50,574 bases of DNA, from positions 1 through 50,574 of IMG/VR virus record IMGVR_UViG_3300032226_000543; one strand, written 5' to 3'. Under the pieces are notes generated by a model. The model saw only the letters and a list, made by a program, of their open reading frames with translations. It did not search any database and was not told where the DNA came from. This document shows positions 48,252 through 50,574 of the stretch, piece by piece (within the stretch, counting starts at the first letter, position 1; the number at the start of each line of letters is the position of its first letter). Source of the DNA: a virus (taxonomy: Duplodnaviria > Caudoviricetes). Both the position numbers and the translations under genes were made by a program.

Positions 48252-48888
48252 CTTCAGTTTCTTTTACCGTTACTTTTTTCTTTGGCGGATCAAGTGCATC
48301 TGCTTCTTTGCGTAGTCGAGCAGCTTCTTTGTACATAGCGTCTGCCTGACTACGATAACTCTTAGCAATGTCTGAATCTGTAAGAACAGCGTTTGGTGCA
48401 GCTTGTGCTCTTTCAACCACCGGAGCAGTTACTTCTGTTGCTGGTTCTTTTTTCTTTTCAGCATTAGTTTTTGCTTGAGCATTGGCTTGAGCACCACTAA
48501 CAAAGTTGCACAATTCATCGACTGCACAGTTTTTCTGTTCAGCGATCAATACATTCAACTGATCCAATGGAACTGCGGCGTTAACAGTTGGAGTCATTAA
48601 CACATTGCTAGTAGATACCTTTTGTAGTCTACCGTCTTGTTGCAGTGCTTGAAGCATTGGACGACCGTCTGGAAAATGACGAATAAACAACATTTCTCCA
48701 AACTCAAATGCTTCCTGTGCTTGATCAGTTTCAAGCAGTTGCATAATTGCATCGTGATACTCGTCTTTCAGTTGATTAACCTGTATCACTAAAGTTGAAT
48801 CTGATTCACCGGGAAGCGTTCTAAATACCGTAAGCACTTTGACCCCGGTATTTTTCATACGCCCAATGTGTTTAACTGGATTGGCCAT
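48244..48888 (-). CDS. Hypothetical protein with C-terminal helical/coiled-coil segment
   Basis: 214-aa ORF with SD AAGGA; ends in AKSYRSQADAMYKEAARLRKEADALDP. Confidence 0.8.
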   Translation of the reverse strand: MANPVKHIGRMKNTGVKVLTVFRTLPGESDSTLVIQVNQLKDEYHDAIMQLLETDQAQEAFEFGEMLFIRHFPDGRPMLQALQQDGRLQKVSTSNVLMTPTVNAAVPLDQLNVLIAEQKNCAVDELCNFVSGAQANAQAKTNAEKKKEPATEVTAPVVERAQAAPNAVLTDSDIAKSYRSQADAMYKEAARLRKEADALDPPKKKVTVKETEGA

Positions 48889-48890
48889 TT

Positions 48891-49124
48891 TTATTCCTTT
48901 TTAGCAGTCACTGACTCTAGAAACGCTGACAGTTTGTTATATACTTTACCTACAGCTTCCATTTCAGCAGCCTTAAATGCGCCTCGTGAACTTGCAACAT
49001 CAATGATACTGCGGATGGCAGCAAGATCGTTGATATTCAAATCAGGTGCAGCAGCTTCTGGAGCAGGTGCAGTTGTTGGCTCTACTGGAGCGCCTGGGGA
49101 TACTTTGCTTTCTTGTTGGTCCAT
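48891..49124 (-). CDS. Small hypothetical protein
   Basis: 77 aa with strong SD AAGGAG; LNINDLAAIRSIIDVASSRGAFKAAEM helical core. Confidence 0.8.
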   Translation of the reverse strand: MDQQESKVSPGAPVEPTTAPAPEAAAPDLNINDLAAIRSIIDVASSRGAFKAAEMEAVGKVYNKLSAFLESVTAKKE

Positions 49125-49399
49125 TAGTTTCTCCTTAAATGTGGACAGGCTAACATAAAGTATGTTAGTTCTTTCTGATCTTCAAATGCCACAAATGTGG
49201 CAGTTTTCAAGTGGCCGTCTTTATCAATAGAAGGTAGCTTAGAAACTGAATATCGTCCTCGTAAACGAGTACGCACCCAACTTTCTATATTTCCAGATAG
49301 GAAATGACTACCATCGTCGACTTTTAACTTCGCAAAATGCGGAGGAATATGTGTCAACGAACGTTTGTTTAGAACTTCTAAAGGATTTAGATCGAACAT
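49124..49399 (-). CDS. Small hypothetical protein
   Basis: 91 aa; TAATG overlap with the next gene; preceded by TATAAATA. Confidence 0.75.
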   Translation of the reverse strand: MFDLNPLEVLNKRSLTHIPPHFAKLKVDDGSHFLSGNIESWVRTRLRGRYSVSKLPSIDKDGHLKTATFVAFEDQKELTYFMLACPHLRRN

Positions 49400-49407
49400 A
49401 GTGAAAA

Positions 49408-49415
49408 TATTTATA
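49408..49415 (-). promoter_or_regulatory. T4-type late promoter consensus TATAAATA
   Basis: The plus strand reads TATTTATA, an exact match on the minus strand, in a 24-bp intergenic gap 8 nt before the ATG. Confidence 0.65.
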
Positions 49416-49423
49416 GATAACGA

Positions 49424-49825
49424 TTAATCGAGGGGGGATTCTTGGCGCAGTCTTTTGGCCATTGTTCTAGCCATTCCAAGTTTTTTAACATCTCCGGAAA
49501 ACATATAAAGTTCAAATGCTGTTCTTTCTGATAATACCATAAGATTTTTTTTGGTAACATGCCACGGAGTGTCAATATATTGATCTAACCAAATTAGTAC
49601 CTGTGGACTAATAATCATTTCCTTTGGCATTTCGATCTTGTAGGTTTTAATTTTGGATTTAGTTTCAACAAATTCTAGACACTGATCAGTCATTCTTAGT
49701 CCGCCGGTATCTTTCTCTCTAGTACTATACCACCAAACACCTCTAAAATCTTTAATCAGTTTTTCGTTTGTTTCTACACCGGCTGCTTTTAGAAAAACTT
49801 CTGTGTAGGAATCTTTGCGATCCAT
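49424..49825 (-). CDS. Hypothetical protein
   Basis: 133-aa ORF tightly packed in the minus-strand run. Confidence 0.75.
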   Translation of the reverse strand: MDRKDSYTEVFLKAAGVETNEKLIKDFRGVWWYSTREKDTGGLRMTDQCLEFVETKSKIKTYKIEMPKEMIISPQVLIWLDQYIDTPWHVTKKNLMVLSERTAFELYMFSGDVKKLGMARTMAKRLRQESPLD

Positions 49826-49826
49826 A

Positions 49827-50111
49827 TTACTTTATTTCTTCACCGGTGGTTAATTTGTAAACAGCAAAGTCTTTTGTCTTGAACAATCGATTAAGTTTCT
49901 TTGCTAGATTGTGTGCATGTCCCGGATTACTAAATGAAACCTTTTTATACTTAGGTCCAGGATAACTGGCCACTAGACTACCACTCTTTAAATTAAATGG
50001 TTGTCCTTTATAAAACACAGCCCAAATGGCTTCAGAGTTGAGAATTTGCTCAACTTTGTAAGTTTCCTTGTTTGCGTATTCAAGCAACACTTGGGGCTTC
50101 GGTCTACTCAT
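49827..50111 (-). CDS. Hypothetical basic protein
   Basis: 94 aa (MSRPKP...GPKYKKVSFSNPGHAHNLAKKLN); preceded by CATAAATA. Confidence 0.78.
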   Translation of the reverse strand: MSRPKPQVLLEYANKETYKVEQILNSEAIWAVFYKGQPFNLKSGSLVASYPGPKYKKVSFSNPGHAHNLAKKLNRLFKTKDFAVYKLTTGEEIK

Positions 50112-50140
50112 ATCTATACATGTCCAATTAAGTGCATATA

Positions 50141-50148
50141 TATTTATG
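50141..50148 (-). promoter_or_regulatory. Putative late promoter
   Basis: CATAAATA on the minus strand, overlapping the stop codon of 50144-50398. Confidence 0.5.
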
Positions 50149-50398
50149 TTTTTCCGAAGCCACCTCCGTCAACTTTTACTTCTATCTCAGTTGTGCTCTG
50201 GCGTATTTCGGCTAGCATAGTATGTATTTCCTGCATGGTTTTGGCCATTTTGGATGTCATAATAGCTAATTCGGCAGTTAAGTCTCTTGCTTCTTGTATG
50301 CTAATGCGGATTTCTTTTTGCTGACTTCTTTCAGCAGCCACTAGTCGTTGAACTAGTCGTTCAACACTAGGCAAATTTACCGGATTATTTTGAGACAT
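50144..50398 (-). CDS. Small hypothetical protein, coiled-coil-like
   Basis: 84-aa ORF ending VKVDGGGF; its start overlaps the upstream gene end. Confidence 0.72.
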   Translation of the reverse strand: MSQNNPVNLPSVERLVQRLVAAERSQQKEIRISIQEARDLTAELAIMTSKMAKTMQEIHTMLAEIRQSTTEIEVKVDGGGFGKT

Positions 50399-50573
50399 TA
50401 CTCAATACCTGTTTCATTTCAAGCTCTGTTTTAAACGGACCTTGATACTCGTATCGTTGCAGTGTAATTGCTTTTGGACAAAAACTCTTAACCCATCCTT
50501 TGTCAAATCGAATAACATAGTATCCTGCACAGTAAAGGCTTTTACTATCTCCGCTCTTAGTAAAGAGTGGTAA
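50385..50573 (-). CDS. C-terminal part of a hypothetical protein, truncated at the window end (absent from the ORF track)
   Basis: Open frame LPLFTKSGDSKSLYCAGYYVIRFDKGWVKSFCPKAITLQRYEYQGPFKTELEMKQVLSNVSK ending in TAA at 50387-50385. Confidence 0.75.
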   Translation of the reverse strand, partial: LPLFTKSGDSKSLYCAGYYVIRFDKGWVKSFCPKAITLQRYEYQGPFKTELEMKQVLSNVSK

Positions 50574-50574
50574 T

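Noticed and set aside
1-50574. Stop-codon reassignment as seen in some large phages
   Set aside because: Genes are full length in the standard code, and TAA, TGA and TAG all end genes at tight junctions.

Overview
A 50.6 kb segment of a large (probably jumbo) T4-like myovirus genome, AT-rich and read in the standard genetic code. Positions 1-35.7 kb (+) hold a virion baseplate and fibre module: the C-terminal end of a hub-like protein, a gp5/VgrG-like spike, gp25- and gp6-like wedge proteins and a 4792-aa multidomain structural protein. These are followed by five fibre paralogues sharing one N-terminal module, a fibre chaperone and a miniature Mtd_N/S74 fibre. Positions 35.7-47.9 kb (+) hold a tightly overlapping cluster of five glycosyltransferase-like genes and four radical SAM genes, preceded by a hairpin that contains a late-promoter-like TAAATA. 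This cluster is the best candidate for an undescribed system, possibly virion or fibre glycosylation with radical sugar tailoring. One GT gene carries 321-bp repeats, apparently catalytically dead GT cores, with a 98-bp block identical in three copies. Positions 47.9-50.6 kb (-) hold small hypothetical genes. No tRNA, rRNA, CRISPR array, integrase or reverse transcriptase was recognised. All product calls come from motif recognition by eye, not from database searches.
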